Below, piece by piece: positions 25,631 through 39,540 of a stretch of DNA of 64,000 nucleotides (position 1 is its first letter; each line of letters starts with the position of its first letter). This DNA comes from Octopus vulgaris (lineage: Eukaryota). The position numbers and the translations under genes are program-made. The stretch is from contig OX597829.1 of the NCBI GenBank assembly GCA_951406725.2, positions 48,298,001 through 48,362,000 of the forward strand. Reading direction: 5' to 3'. The notes under the pieces were generated by a model. It was not told where the DNA came from. It searched no databases and saw only the letters and a program-made list of their open reading frames with translations.

Positions 25631-26645
25631 TAAAATAAGATGTGTACTTTTACGTATTTTGCATTAAAATATATAAAGGTGTGCATGTGCATGTGCATGC
25701 TGCTACCATGGATGCATGTTCAAACGGAACAGCCATGTTGAAGTGGCTACAAACTTTACTTGCTTGTCATCTCTTAGAGAGATTTTAGAAGAAGCCGGCG
25801 AGCTGGCAGAGACGTTAGCACGCCGGGCGAAATGCGTAGCTGTATATTTCGTCTGCCGCTACGTTGTGAGTTCAAATTCCGCCGAGGTCGACTTTACCTT
25901 TCATCCTTTCGGGGGGTCGATTAAATAAGTACCAGTTACGCACTGGGGGTCGATATAATCGACTTAATCCGTTTGTTTGTCCTCTCTGTGTTTAGCCCCT
26001 TGTGGGTAGTAAAGAAATATATATATAAAGTTTATAAGGTAGTGAACATTGCAGAATCATTTACATGCTGGACAAAATGCTTTGTTGTATTTCTTCTGTC
26101 TTTATGTTCTGAGGATCAAATACTGCTGAGGTCGACTTTGTCTTTTACTATTTTTGGGTCAATGAAATAAGTACCAGTTGAGTACTGGGGCTGATGTAAT
26201 TAACTAGCCCCACCCAGCTCTCCCAACATTTCAAGCCTTGTGCCTATATTAGAAAGGATAAAGTTTATACACAGACCAAAGTTGTCATTCTATTTCTTTC
26301 GCAGCATTCCTTTGTCTTTTACTGATATGAAATATAACACTGATGGATATCATATTCCATCCTCTCTCTCTCTCTTTCTCCATATTTCTCTCTCTCCCCT
26401 CCCTTTCTCTCTCTCTCTCTCTCACCACTCCAAACTGTTAATTATTTAAAATTTATCAAAAACAAAATCTCTGCTCATAGAATAGAAATTCTGTCTCATA
26501 TTTAACTATTTGGTCTCATTAGATTTTTTTGTTGAAACATGCTCTTCCTAGCACTGAGACTAGACAGACATGCACACACACACACACATGCATATATATA
26601 TATATATAAACACACACACATGAACACACGTATATACATATATGC

Positions 26646-26677
<32 letters not shown>

Positions 26678-26902
26678 ATATATCATCATCATCATCATCG
26701 TTTAGCGTCCGCTTTCCATGCTGGCATGGGTTAGATGGTTCAACTGGGGTCTGGGAAGCCAGGAGGCTGCACCAGGCCCAGTCTGATCTGGCAATGTTTC
26801 TACGACTGGATGCCCTTCCTAACGCCAACCACTCCATGAGTGTAGTGGGTGCTTTTTACGTGCCAGACGAGGCTGGCAAATGACCACGGTCATATATATG
26901 TA

Positions 26903-27095
26903 TATATCATGTGTGGTGAATTTATGGAAAGAATTCCCATAAAACTCAACAATTTTGATAAAAATGGAGAAGAAAAGATGTTAAAATATATAATAGAATT
27001 CTCGTATATATTTTAACAACGTGTCTTCTCCATTTTTAACTAAATTTTTGAGTTTTATGGGATTTATTCCCATAAATTCACCACGCATCATATAC
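26903..27095. repeat. Imperfect palindrome (arms about 95 bp)
   Basis: GTGGTGAATTTATGG..CCCATAAAACTCAA..AAAAATGGAGAAGA is mirrored by TCTTCTCCATTTTT..TTGAGTTTTATGGG..CCATAAATTCACCAC, centred near 27000. Confidence 0.9.
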
Positions 27096-28226
27096 AAGTA
27101 TTACTTTTATATTTGCAAATTTACACCTGTAAACTACCAGCAAAATATGAAGAATAAACATTAAAAATCCTTTCTGGAAATCTCCAAATTAAAGGATGAA
27201 TCTACATTCAACCTTTTTACATCTGTGTATATATATATGTATATATATATAGAGAGATAGATAGATAGATAGATATAGATATATACATAGATGTATGTAT
27301 TTATCCATGTCTACTTATACATACATATATATGTGTGTAAATATATATATATATATATATAAATATATATGTGTATATATATATACATATATACATATAT
27401 ATCTATGTATATATGTATGTGTATATATGTATGTATCTATCTCTCTCTATATGTATGCACTCATATATATATATATCTACATACACACACATTGACATAT
27501 ATCTGTAAGTATACATATATGAATTATACATACAAGCACACATACACATGAGTAAATGTGTATGTATATACATTTTCTTCAAAGGGGTTACAGTGCATAC
27601 GTTTAGATTTAGAGATGCATGTAGGAAATTTATCCTCTTCAGGTTCGTGTTTGATTTTTAAATGTATTTTTTAAATGGATATCTATGTGTGTATATTATA
27701 CGCTATGCTCATTCATATTGTATAATAGAGCAAACCAAGTGCTATGCCTTTGATAGAAGACCTCATTCAGCCTTTTTTCGGTGTATTTAGTAGGAGCAAA
27801 ACACCCCCCGTCCAATGGACAGTGCTGAATCATATCTGCTGAATAAAAAGCAATCAGTGTTTTCTTTTCATTAAAAAATAATTAAGCATGCCTTTATTTC
27901 AATAAAATTTTTGGTTTTGTTAAATGAAGTTAAGGCAAAAAAAAACAACTTCTTGAGAAACCAAATAGTCTTTCCTTCCTTCAATATCTCTTTCGCATCT
28001 TACATTTTTGGTCTCTTAAATATACTGCATTTTGTGGCATTATTTCAAGCCAGCTGGCTTTTTTTGCGCAAACTGCACATACATTTTTCTTGCGTATGCA
28101 TAGTATTGATCACAACAGCTGATGTACTTGCACGTACAAATGCACCTTCCCACGACTTTATTGATTGCATTCTCACCTGGAATATATTTTTGTAATTTTT
28201 TCAAGACTTATACATGCCCTGATACC

Positions 28227-28459
28227 TATTTCTTTATTACCCACAAGGGGCTAAACACAGAGGGGACAAACAAGGACAGACATAGGTATTAAGTCGATTG
28301 CATTGACCCCAGTGCGTAACTGGTACTTAATTTATCGACCCCGAAAGGATGACAGGCAAAGTCGACCTCGGCGGAATTTGAACTCACAACGTAACGACAG
28401 ACGAAATACCACGAAGCATTTCACCCAGCGTGCTAACGTTTCTGCCAGCTCCCCACCTT
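28227..28459 (-). mobile_element. SINE family B with a 13-bp TSD
   Basis: TSD ATGCCCTGATACC at 28214-28226 and 28460-28472. Confidence 0.92.
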
Positions 28460-29221
28460 ATGCCCTGATACCATCGGTATCTACATATCAAATTTGAGTG
28501 CCATCGAATGGAGGATGCCTGAGATCCTAGAAGACACACACACAGACAAACAGAATGGATTTTATATAATAGATGTCGTATCACCCAATCAGAAATTGCC
28601 TCTCTGCTATAGTAACCCATCAATACATCAAATATTTCTCTCTCTGTTTGTTAACCCAGAACAAATAGTCATAAACTACAAAAACTTCCTTGTATATATC
28701 ATTATATTCCCATTATTGCTGGTTACATTTCAGTATTTTCTTTTTCCAAATTCAAGGTGGCTATGAGATTATTTTATTAATGGGTAGGTAGATTTCTACA
28801 ATATCGAGCAAAATGAATTCACCGTTGGAATTATCTTTGACATTATTTAACTGTTTGCAGCAATTCCATTGTGATAACATTCTTTTGAATGTCTTGTTTT
28901 TCTGTTTTCATAATCTGAAATGTATTTGCTGACAATAGTTAGTTCATTTTGTTTTTGGATTAATGTGTCTGACATTGGGATTAGTCAACTCTGTCTTTGT
29001 GTGTTAAGTAAGGCCTGTGTGGGTTGAGGCATCCTGTTCATTTATTTTATTACTTTTCTTTATATATGTTTACAAGTGTGTGTGAATAGACATATATAAG
29101 CATACATAAATTATATATATATATAATTATGTATGTATATGTATATATATTTCTTTATTGCCCACAGTGGGGCTAAACATAGAGGGAACATACAAAGACA
29201 GACAAAGGGATTAAGTCAATT

Positions 29222-29868
29222 AGGAAGACCTGAGATGAAGTGGTGAAGCATGACCTTGAAACGCTGGACCTCACAGAGGCAAAACAAGTGCCCAAGACCT
29301 TTGGAGATATACTGTGCTTGAGAAGATCCGGCAAGCCAAATGAAATCGCAATCATGGTCGATGCCAATGTTGCATAACTGGCTCGTTTAAGAGTACCCTT
29401 CAATCATTGGGCAATAACCTGCACTTGCGAAGACCTGTTGAGTCAAGTGAAGTCATTGTCATGGCCAATGATAGTACCACCTGATTGGCACCCATGCCGG
29501 TGGCATGTAAAAAGCACCATTCAAGTGTGGTTGATGCCAGTGCTGCCTGACTGGTCCTGTGCCAGTGGCACATAAAAAGAACAATTTGAGCATGGTTGAT
29601 GTCAGTGCCAGCTGGTTGGCTCCCATGCTGGTGGCATGTAAAAAGCACCCTTCAAACGTGGTCGATGCCAGTACCACCTGACTGGCACACGTGCCAGTGG
29701 CACGTAAAGAGTACCCACTATACTCTTGGGGTGGTTGGCATTAGGAAGGGCATCCAGCTGTAGAAACTTTGCCGGATCATACTGGAGCCTGGTGCAGCCT
29801 TGAGCTTGCCAGCCCTCAGTCAGACTGTCTAAAGGGGACATTAAATGACGATGATAATGATGATGATG

Positions 29869-29870
<2 letters not shown>
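29222..29870 (+). mobile_element. RTE LINE 3' fragment
   Basis: Starts in the RKT.DEVVKHDL ORF end and continues through subrepeats (GGCATGTAAAAAGCACC) to the (GAT)n tail. Confidence 0.85.
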
Positions 29871-29899
<29 letters not shown>

Positions 29900-30620
29900 A
29901 ATAAAATATATGCATATATATAAACATATATGTACGTACCTACCTCTACATGTACATATACATGCATATATGTGTACAGGACACCAAAAAGACGTCGAAC
30001 ACATAGAGAGACGAAAAACATAGACACAAACCAAGGAACAAGACAGGCAAAAAAAAAAAAAAAAAGGAGATACAGGACAATAAGCACAACGAAAAATCCC
30101 CTTCTTCAGTCGCTAAAGTTTCATCTACTAAACGTTTCGAAGGATAAAAGCGAGACGTATACTTCGAAGAAAAATTCCTTCCTGAGAAAAGCAAATCAAT
30201 TAAAATTCTGAGATCTTTTCACAGAGGGGTAAAAAAAGCAAGACGGTAACGACAGTACAAACATATAAACAGTAAAAAATATATATATATATATATATAT
30301 AATTGTATCTTTGTATCAGCCAGAGTATCAGATGTAATACTCTGCTGGTCACAGTGCCTTTCTTCACAATGTTTTAGCTTTCAAATAATGCAACTCCGTT
30401 GGCTAGGCAGGCAGGCCAACATTGCCCACTGGAAAAGAATGCCGGTCTGTCGCAGGATTGCCCATTTTATGGGCGAGTGAACTAGAGAATGAATTGTTTA
30501 GTACAAGAACACAATGCACAGCCAGTCTGAAAATTGAAACTACAATCATGTCATCGTCATGGGAAATACTATAACCATTAGGCCACATGCCTTCACACAC
30601 ACACACACATGTTGTGTGTA

Positions 30621-30654
<34 letters not shown>

Positions 30655-31050
30655 CAGGTGCAGGAGTGGCTCTGTGGTAAGTAGCTTGCTTACCAACCAC
30701 ATAGTTCTGGGTTCAGAACTACTGCATGGCACCTTGGGCAAGTGTCTTCTACTATAGCTTTGGGCTGACCAAAGCCTTGTGAGCAAATTTAGTAGATGGA
30801 AACTGAAAGAAGCCTGTCGTATATATGTATATGTATGCTTGTGTGTCTGTGTTTGTCCCCGCAACATTGCTTGACAACTGATTCTGGTGTGTTTCCGTCC
30901 CTGTAACTTAGCGGTTCGGCAAAAGAGAACCAATAGAATGAGTACTAGGCTTACAAAGAATTAAGTCCTGGGGTCGATTTGCTTGACCAAAAGGCGGTGC
31001 TCAAGCATGGCCGCAGTCAAACGAATGAAACAAGTAAAAGAAAGAAAAGA

Positions 31051-31052
<2 letters not shown>

Positions 31053-31083
<31 letters not shown>

Positions 31084-31119
31084 TGTATGTATGTATGTAT
31101 GTATGTATGTATGTATGTT

Positions 31120-31150
<31 letters not shown>

Positions 31151-31191
31151 ATGTATGTATGTATGTATGTATGTATGTATGTATGTATGTA

Positions 31192-31224
<33 letters not shown>

Positions 31225-31559
31225 ATGTATGTATGTATGTGTGTATGTATGTATGTGTGTATGTATGTATGTATGTATGTATGTATGTATGTATGTATGT
31301 ATGTATGTATGTATGTATGTATGTATGTATGTTTGTGTGTGTGTATGTATGTATGTATGTATGTATGTATGTATGTATGTATGTATGTATGTATGTATGT
31401 ATGTATGTATGTATGTATGTTTGTATGTGTGTGTGTATGTATGTATGTATGTATGTATGTATGTATGTATGTGTGTATGTATGTATGTGTGTGTATGTAT
31501 GTATGTATGTATGTATGTATGTATGTATGTATGTATGTATGTATGTATGTATGTATGTA

Positions 31560-31592
<33 letters not shown>

Positions 31593-32176
31593 ATGTATGT
31601 ATGTATGTATGTATGTATGTATGTATGTATGTATGTACGTACGTACGTATGTATGTATGTATGTATGTATGTATGTATGTATGTATGTATGTATGTATGT
31701 ATGTATGTATGTATGTATGTATGTATGTATGTATGTATGTATGTATGTATGTATGTATGTATGTATGTATGTATGATGTATGTATGTATGTATGTATGTA
31801 TGTATGTATGTATGTATGTATGTATGTATGTATGTATGTATGCATGTATGTATGTATGTATGTATGTATATATGTATGTACATATGAATGTGTGTATGTA
31901 TGTATGTATGTATGTATGTATGTATGTATGTATGTATGTATGTATGTATGTATGTATGTATGTATGTATGTATGCATGCATTCATGCATGTATGTATGTA
32001 TGTATGTATGTATGTATGTATGTATGCATGCATGCATGCATGCATGCATGTATGTATGTATGTATGTATGTATGTATGTATGTATGTATGTATGTATGTA
32101 TGTATGTATGTATGCATGCATGCATGTATGTATGTATGTATGTATGTATGTATGTATGTATGTATGTATGTATGTT

Positions 32177-32205
<29 letters not shown>
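31053..32205. repeat. (TATG)n microsatellite of about 1.15 kb with (TG)n and (CATG)n variants
   Basis: Seen directly; explains the 265-501 aa HTYI/MYVC ORFs. Confidence 0.98.
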
Positions 32206-32207
<2 letters not shown>

Positions 32208-32361
32208 CATCATCATCATCATTACTTAACATCCGTTTTCCTTGATGGCATGACAGGGGCTGGCAGGGCAGAAGATTGCACCAAACCTCACTGTCTCTTT
32301 TGGCAGGGGTTTTATAGCTGGATACATTTTTCCTGACACTAACCACCTTACAGAGTGGATA

Positions 32362-32407
<46 letters not shown>

Positions 32408-32702
32408 CACACACACATACATATACATACATACACATGCACACACAAACCTAGACACACACACACACACTCACACTCGCATATATATTATTGGCACTTG
32501 CCATGTCTTCTGTTATACAGACAGGTCTGAGTAACTGCATCAGGATGCAATTTGCGGTGGTGAACCCACAGCAAGTTTACACGATGAAAAAAAAAAAATA
32601 AAAAACACGAAATGATAAGATGAAATAGAATACATATAAAACAAGCTAAAACAAGAAAAATGACTGAAATTATTTGGAGAGAACCAGATGGATGAATCAT
32701 AC

Positions 32703-32782
32703 CTTTGATGGTCTTAAGAGATAAACTTGTTTTATCAACAATGACCTTTTTTTAACCCGTGCTACTGGCTTCACTACAGAAG
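32703..32782 (-). other. Candidate internal exon (80 nt) of a minus-strand transcript
   Basis: Acceptor ttctccttaatAG and donor AAG|GTATGA. The only open frame (SVVKPVARVKKRSLLIKQVYLLRPSK) is phase-compatible with the candidate exon at 51854-51902. No homology recognised. Confidence 0.25.
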
Positions 32783-33072
32783 CTATTAAGGAGAAGTTAA
32801 TGAACCAAAAAGGAAAAAAAGTGAAAAAGGCTTCATCACTTTTAGCATTCATCTGCTGGTGGTATGCTGGTAGTATTTCTAGCACATCAGGCATAATGTT
32901 TAGTAGCATTTCATCCATCTTCACATTCTGACTTCAAATTCTTACTGTGGTCAACTTTACCTTTTGTACTTTCTGGGTCGATAAAGTAAGAACCAGTTGA
33001 ATACTGGGATTGGTGTAATCAACTTGACCTCTTTCTTGAAATTGCTGGCCTGTTACCAAAATTTGAAACCAT

Positions 33073-33440
33073 TATTACCTCTGCCTTAGCAAAGGCAGAG
33101 GTATTGTTTTCAGTTGTGTTTGTTTGTTTGTCCATCCGCGGACAAGATATCTCAGGAACTGCTGGATGGATTTGGATGAAACTTCCAGGGTTGTTTAGTC
33201 TCATGACAGGAACAAACTGATTAGATTTAGGGATTAATCCAATACCAGACAAGGATTCTGGATTATTTTTCCTGTATTCTACTTAATCTTTGAGAGCAGT
33301 CAGGTTCATTTTAAGTATTCTCGTTTGTGAAAGCAGTCGAGTTTATTTCAGATATTCTCATTTTAAAAATCATCTCTGGCTAATCGTTGAGAGGATGTTG
33401 ATGATGACTTGGCGGAGGTTTGCAATCTCTGAGTGTTCTT
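33073..33440 (+). mobile_element. DINE-1/HINE-like Helentron derivative
   Basis: 5' palindrome TACCTCTGCC-TTAGCAAA-GGCAGAGGTA, GTTT/GTCC microsatellite, subterminal GGCGGAGGT and a short 3' hairpin remnant (GCAATCTCTGAGTG), inserted in T-rich sequence. Confidence 0.7.
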
Positions 33441-34171
33441 CTTCTTCTTCTTCTTCTTCTTATTATTATTATTATTATTTGCCTTTCATCCTTTCAAGGG
33501 TTGCGGTCAATAAAATAAGTACCAGTTAAGGTCTGTGGTCGATATAATCGATTTACCCCCTCCCCTGAAATTGCTAGCCTTGTACCAAAATTTGAAACCA
33601 TTATTATTGAGTGAGAGAGCAATGCATGCCATCAAAGTGACACTGGAGTAAAATATATGAAACCCAATCATGACTCCCTGTCTGAAAAGGGTACACTAGC
33701 CAGGCACATGCATCACAGCCACATATACGCAACATGGTGATCTCATATCAAGATAAAAAGCACATTACCTTGCAGGTGAGGCCCAGTTAGAATTTTCTTC
33801 AGGTTGAGTAGCCCATCCAGCTCAAACGGTCCCTGAATAAGGGTGGCTTAAGGATATTGAATCAAACACCCATGTTTCCAAAGGTGAATTATCCAGACCT
33901 CCAAGAATTTCTCTCAACACATGGCTACAATGCTCCCCCACTACTTCTGCTCGTTATCAGAGATGCACATATCGCCAGCCACTAAGGGACATGCTCAACT
34001 GGTTAAGGTCAAACAACTGACAAGCAAATCTGTGGTATTGAGCAGAATATTTGCTGTAGTCCATCTTTTATACCAAGACAAAACAATGTACATGATAACA
34101 TTTTCCAACCACTTAAGATCAGGAACCATGAGAACCACTGCCTGGTATTGCATCAGGGTACTTATTCTTGT

Positions 34172-34212
<41 letters not shown>

Positions 34213-34486
34213 TAATAATAATAATAATTATTATTATCATTATTATTATCATCATTATTATTATTATTATAATTACAAGGTGAGCTGACAGACTCGTTAG
34301 CACTCCAGGTGAAATGCTTAGCAGTATTTCATCTGCTGCTACATTCTGAGTTCAAACTCCACTGAAGTCAACTTTGCCTTTCACCCTTTTGGGGCTGATA
34401 AATTAAGTACCATTGAAACAGTGGGGTTGATGTAATCGTCTAGTCCCTTCCCCTAAATTTCAGGCCTCGTGCCTATAGTAGAAAGA

Positions 34487-34542
<56 letters not shown>

Positions 34543-35743
34543 ACAGCATAAAGAATGCAATGTAATTTATGATAACAAGAGATTAACTGTTTATTGAATT
34601 AAACAAATATTTCAAAAAAATTCGAGCGAGGTTGTTGCCGATACCGCCTGACTGGCCCCCGTGCCGGTGGCACGTAAAAGTACCCACTACACTCTCGGAG
34701 TGGTTGGCGTTAGGAAGGGCATCCAGCTGTAGAAACTCTGCCAGATCAAGACTGGAGCCTGGTGCAGCCATCTGGTTGCCAGCCCTCAGTCAAACCGTCC
34801 AACCCATGCTAGCATGGAAAGCAGACGTTAAACGATGATGATGATGATGATGATGTTTGTGTTCCTCAGGTTAAAAAAGTAAAAAAAAAATTGCATAAAT
34901 ACAGAAATTAAAAATGTGATCAAGGAATGTCCTGCATTCCTTTTTAGACAAAATAATGTCATCAGTTTTCACTTTTCCATCATTCATAACAAAGAAAAAA
35001 AAAAAGAAGAAAGAAAAGAAAACAGGAAAGAGAACACTTAGTCAAACGGTTTTGTGTAATTATGTCGAAATTTGATTGTCACTTTATTCATTCCTTCGGG
35101 GCATGTTAGTAATTCACAAAAAATATTTGTCCTCATGCATTTTGAGGAATGAAAATGCAGTAGAGTCAGAAAATTTTCTGAGAATGTGCACTTTCAGGCA
35201 TTCCTTAAAATTAGAGCTATTTGATGTAAAATGTTCGGCAAGTTCTGTTGAATCATGGTCAATATTGGGGGTACAGTGAAGAAACATCCATGGTTACCAA
35301 AAAAAGAGAAAAATAAAAATCAGTTTTTGACATTACTTCAGTGCTAAAAAAAATTGTTAATTTTGGACCCAAAATGAAAAGCATCCCAAATGAAAGAAGA
35401 TTGATCTTTTGGCTACAGGAAAACTGTCAAGCCACAAAGAAATCCTTAGTGCAGATTGTTTGGTAAGAAGTAGTGGAACCCTCCTTAGTCATTTGCTACA
35501 GGAGAATGAATGAATTAATGAATCCATCCCTCCCTCCCTCCCAGTCTATCTATACCAATCTTTCTATGTATATATAATCATCATCATCGTTTAACGTGTG
35601 CCTTCCATGCTGGCAGGGGTGGAATGGTTTGACAGGAACTGGCAAGGCCTGCACCAGACTTCTGTGACTGTTTATACAGGAATTTTACAGCTGGATGCAT
35701 CTTCCTAACAACAACTATATATGTATATATATACATTTTTATA

Positions 35744-35774
<31 letters not shown>

Positions 35775-36192
35775 ACTAAATGAATGTGAGTTTGTTCTTT
35801 TATTGGAATTACTTTCAAAGATTTCTAAAGTCTTTTCTTCATATTTCACTTTTGAATTTACTTATATAAATTCCTATAGGTATGAAAACTTGTATAGAAA
35901 TAATCAGTATATGATTTAACTTATCAAACACAGTTCAAAAATTTCATTTATATTTATGTAATGGAGGAGATTAGATGTTAAAACGGATTATAGTTTTTAT
36001 TTTTCATGTTGCTATACAATTTGTTTCACGCAAAAAGACTCAGATATTCATAAATAGAAAATTGAAAGTCATATTTGTACTATTCATTAGGTGGTATAGA
36101 AACTAAAAAAGATGTCAGAAGTACATAGATTTTCTCTTAGTTATCATTTTAGGATCAATGTATTCATTCTGGCAGTCATCCTATTTGGATCA

Positions 36193-39100
36193 ATACTGGG
36201 ATTGATTTGTTCAACTAAAACCCTTCAAGGTGGTGCCCCAGCATGGCCACAGTCCAATGACTGAAACAAGTAAAAGATAAAAGATATACTGGGATTGATT
36301 TGTTCAACTAAAACCCTTCAAGGTGGTGCCCCAGCATGGCCACAGTCCAATGACTGAAACAAGTAAAAGATAAAAGATATACTGGGATTGATTTGTTCAA
36401 CTAAAACCCTTCAAGGTGGTGCCCCAGCATGGCCACAGTCCAATGACTGAAACAAGTAAAAGATAAAAGATATACTGGGATTGATTTGTTCAACTAAAAC
36501 CCTTCAAGGTGGTGCCCCAGCATGGCCACAGTCCAATGACTGAAACAAGTAAAAGATAAAAGATATACTGGGATTGATTTGTTCAACTAAAACCCTTCAA
36601 GGTGGTGCCCCAGCATGGCCACAGTCCAATGACTGAAACAAGTAAAAGATAAAAGATATACTGGGATTGATTTGTTCAACTAAAACCCTTCAAGGTGGTG
36701 CCCCAGCATGGCCACAGTCCAATGACTGAAACAAGTAAAAGATAAAAGATATACTGGGATTGATTTGTTCAACTAAAACCCTTCAAGGTGGTGCCCCAGC
36801 ATGGCCACAGTCCAATGACTGAAACAAGTAAAAGATAAAAGATATACTGGGATTGATTTGTTCAACTAAAACCCTTCAAGGTGGTGCCCCAGCATGGCCA
36901 CAGTCCAATGACTGAAACAAGTAAAAGATAAAAGATATACTGGGATTGATTTGTTCAACTAAAACCCTTCAAGGTGGTGCCCCAGCATGGCCACAGTGCA
37001 ATAACTGAAACAAGTAAAAGATAAAAGATATACTGGGATTGATTTGTTCAACTAAAACCCTTCAAGGTGGTGCCCCAGCATGGCCACAGTGCAATAACTG
37101 AAACCAGTAAAAGATAAAAGATATACTGGGATTGATTTGTTTAACTAAAACCCTTCAAGGTGGTGCCCCAGCATGGCCACAGTCCAATGACTGAAACAAG
37201 TAAAAGATAAAAGATATACTGGGATTGATTTGTTCAACTAAAACCCTTCAAGGTGGTGCCCCAGCATGGCCACAGTGCAATGACTGAAACAAGTAAAAGA
37301 TAAAAGATATACTGGGATTGATTTGTTCAACTAAAACCCTTCAAGGTGGTGCCCCAGCATGGCCACAGTCCAATGACTGAAACAAGTAAAAGATAAAAGA
37401 TATACTGGGATTGATTTGTTCAACTAAAACCCTTCAAGGTGGTGCCCCAGCATGGCCACAGTGCAATGACTGAAACAAGTAAAAGATAAAAGATATACTG
37501 GGATTGATTTGTTCAATTAAAACCCTTCAAGGTGGTGCCCCAGCATGGCCACAGTCCAATGGCTGAAACAAGTAAAAGATAAAAGATATACTGGGATTGA
37601 TTTGTTCAACTAAAACCCTTCAAGGTGGTGCCCCAGCATGGCCACAGTGCAATGACTGAAACAAGTAAAAGATAAAAGATATACTGGGATTGATTTGTTC
37701 AATTAAAACCCTTCAAGGTGGTGCCCCAGCATGGCCACAGTCCAATGGCTGAAACAAGTAAAAGATAAAAGATATACTGGGATTGATTTGTTCAACTAAA
37801 ACCCTTCAAGGTGGTGCCCCAGCATGGCCACAGTCCAGTGACTGAAACAAGTAAAAGATAAAAGATATACTGGGATTGATTTGTTCAACTAAAACCCTTC
37901 AAGGTGGTGCCCCAGCATGGCCACAGTCCAATGACTGAAACAAGTAAAAGATAAAAGATATACTGGGATTGATTTGTTCAACTAAAACCCTTCAAGGTGG
38001 TGCCCCAGCATGGCCACAGTCCAATAACTGAAACAAGTAAAAGATAAAAGATATACTGGGATTGATTTGTTCAACTAAAACCCTTCAAGGTGGTGCCCCA
38101 GCATGGCCACAGTCCAATGACTGAAACAAGTAAAAGATAAAAGATATACTGGGATTGATTTGTTCAACTAAAACCCTTCAAGGTGGTGCCCCAGCATGGC
38201 CACAGTGCAATAACTGAAACAAGTAAAAGATAAAAGATATACTGGGATTGATTTGTTCAACTAAAACCTTCAAGGTGGTGCCCCAGCATGGCCACAGTCC
38301 AATGACTGAAACAAGTAAAAGATAAAAGATATACTGGGATTGATTTGTTCAACTAAAACCCTTCAAGGTGGTGCCCCAGCATGACCACAGTCCAATGACT
38401 GAAACAAGTAAAAGATAAAAGATATACTGGGATTGATTTGTTCAACTAAAACCCTTCAAGGTGGTGCCCCAGCATGGCCACAGTGCAATAACTGAAACAA
38501 GTAAAAGATAAAAGATATACTGGGATTGATTTGTTCAACTAAAACCCTTCAAGGTGGTGCCCCAGCATGGCCACAGTCCAATGAGTGAAACAAGTAAAAG
38601 ATAAAAGATATACTGGGATTGATTTGTTCAACTAAAACCCTTCAAGGTGGTGCCCCAGCATGGCCACAGTCCAATAACTGAAACCAGTAAAAGATAAAAG
38701 ATATACTGGGATTGATTTGTTCAACTAAAACCCTTCAAGGTGGTGCCCCAACATGGCCACAGTCCAATGACTCAAACAAGTAAAAGATAAAAGATATACT
38801 GGGATTGATTTGTTCAACTAAAACCCTTCAAGGTGGTGCCCCAGCATGACCACAGTCCAATGACTGAAACAAGTAAAAGATAAAAGATATACTGGGATTG
38901 ATTTGTTCAACTAAAACCCTTCAAGGTGGTGCCCCAGCATGGCCACAGTGCAATAACTGAAACAAGTAAAAGATAAAAGATATACTGGGATTGATTTGTT
39001 CAACTAAAACCCTTCAAGGTGGTGCCCCAGCATGGCCACAGTCCAATGACTGAAACAAGTAAAAGATAAAAGATATACTGGGATTGATTTGTTCAACTAA

Positions 39101-39540
39101 AACCCTTCAAGGTGGTGCCCCAGCATGGCCACAGTGCAATGACTGAAACAAGTAAAAGATAAAAGATATACTGGGATTGATTTGTTCAACTAAAACCCTT
39201 CAAGGTGGTGCCCCAGCATGGCCACAGTGCAATGACTGAAACAAGTAAAAGATAAAAGATATACTGGGATTGATTTGTTCAACTAAAACCCTTCAAGGTG
39301 GTGCCCCAGCATGGCCACAGTCCAATGACTGAAACAAGTAAAAGATAAAAGATATACTGGGATTGATTTGTTCAACTAAAACCCTTCAAGGTGGTGCCCC
39401 AGCATGGCCACAGTCCAATGACTGAAACAAGTAAAAGATAAAAGATATACTGGGATTGATTTGTTCAACTAAAACCCTTCAAGGTGGTGCCCCAGCATGG
39501 CCACAGTCCAGTGACTGAAACAAGTAAAAGATTAAAAGCA
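36193..39540 (+). repeat. Tandem array of 36 x 93 bp derived from a SINE 3' tail
   Basis: Unit TACTGGGATTGATTTGTTCAACTAAAACCCTTCAAGGTGGTGCCCCAGCATGGCCACAGTCCAATGACTGAAACAAGTAAAAGATAAAAGATA starts at 36194, 36287, 36380 ... 39448; one unit carries a 1-bp deletion near 38265. It matches the 3' ends of SINE copies at about 40480-40558 and 50690-50770. Confidence 0.97.

Noticed and set aside
30095-30190. Permuted hammerhead on the minus strand (CGAAACGTT..CTGAAGAAGG)
   Set aside because: Core-like words are present, but I could not form convincing stems I and II.
30961-32466. Long ORFs of 265-501 aa (HTYI/MYVC repeats)
   Set aside because: Translations of the stop-free (TATG)n microsatellite.
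36193-39540. CRISPR array or retrozyme interpretation of the 93-bp repeat
   Set aside because: Units are contiguous with no unique spacers, there are no cas genes, the context is eukaryotic, and neither strand has a CTGANGA hammerhead core.
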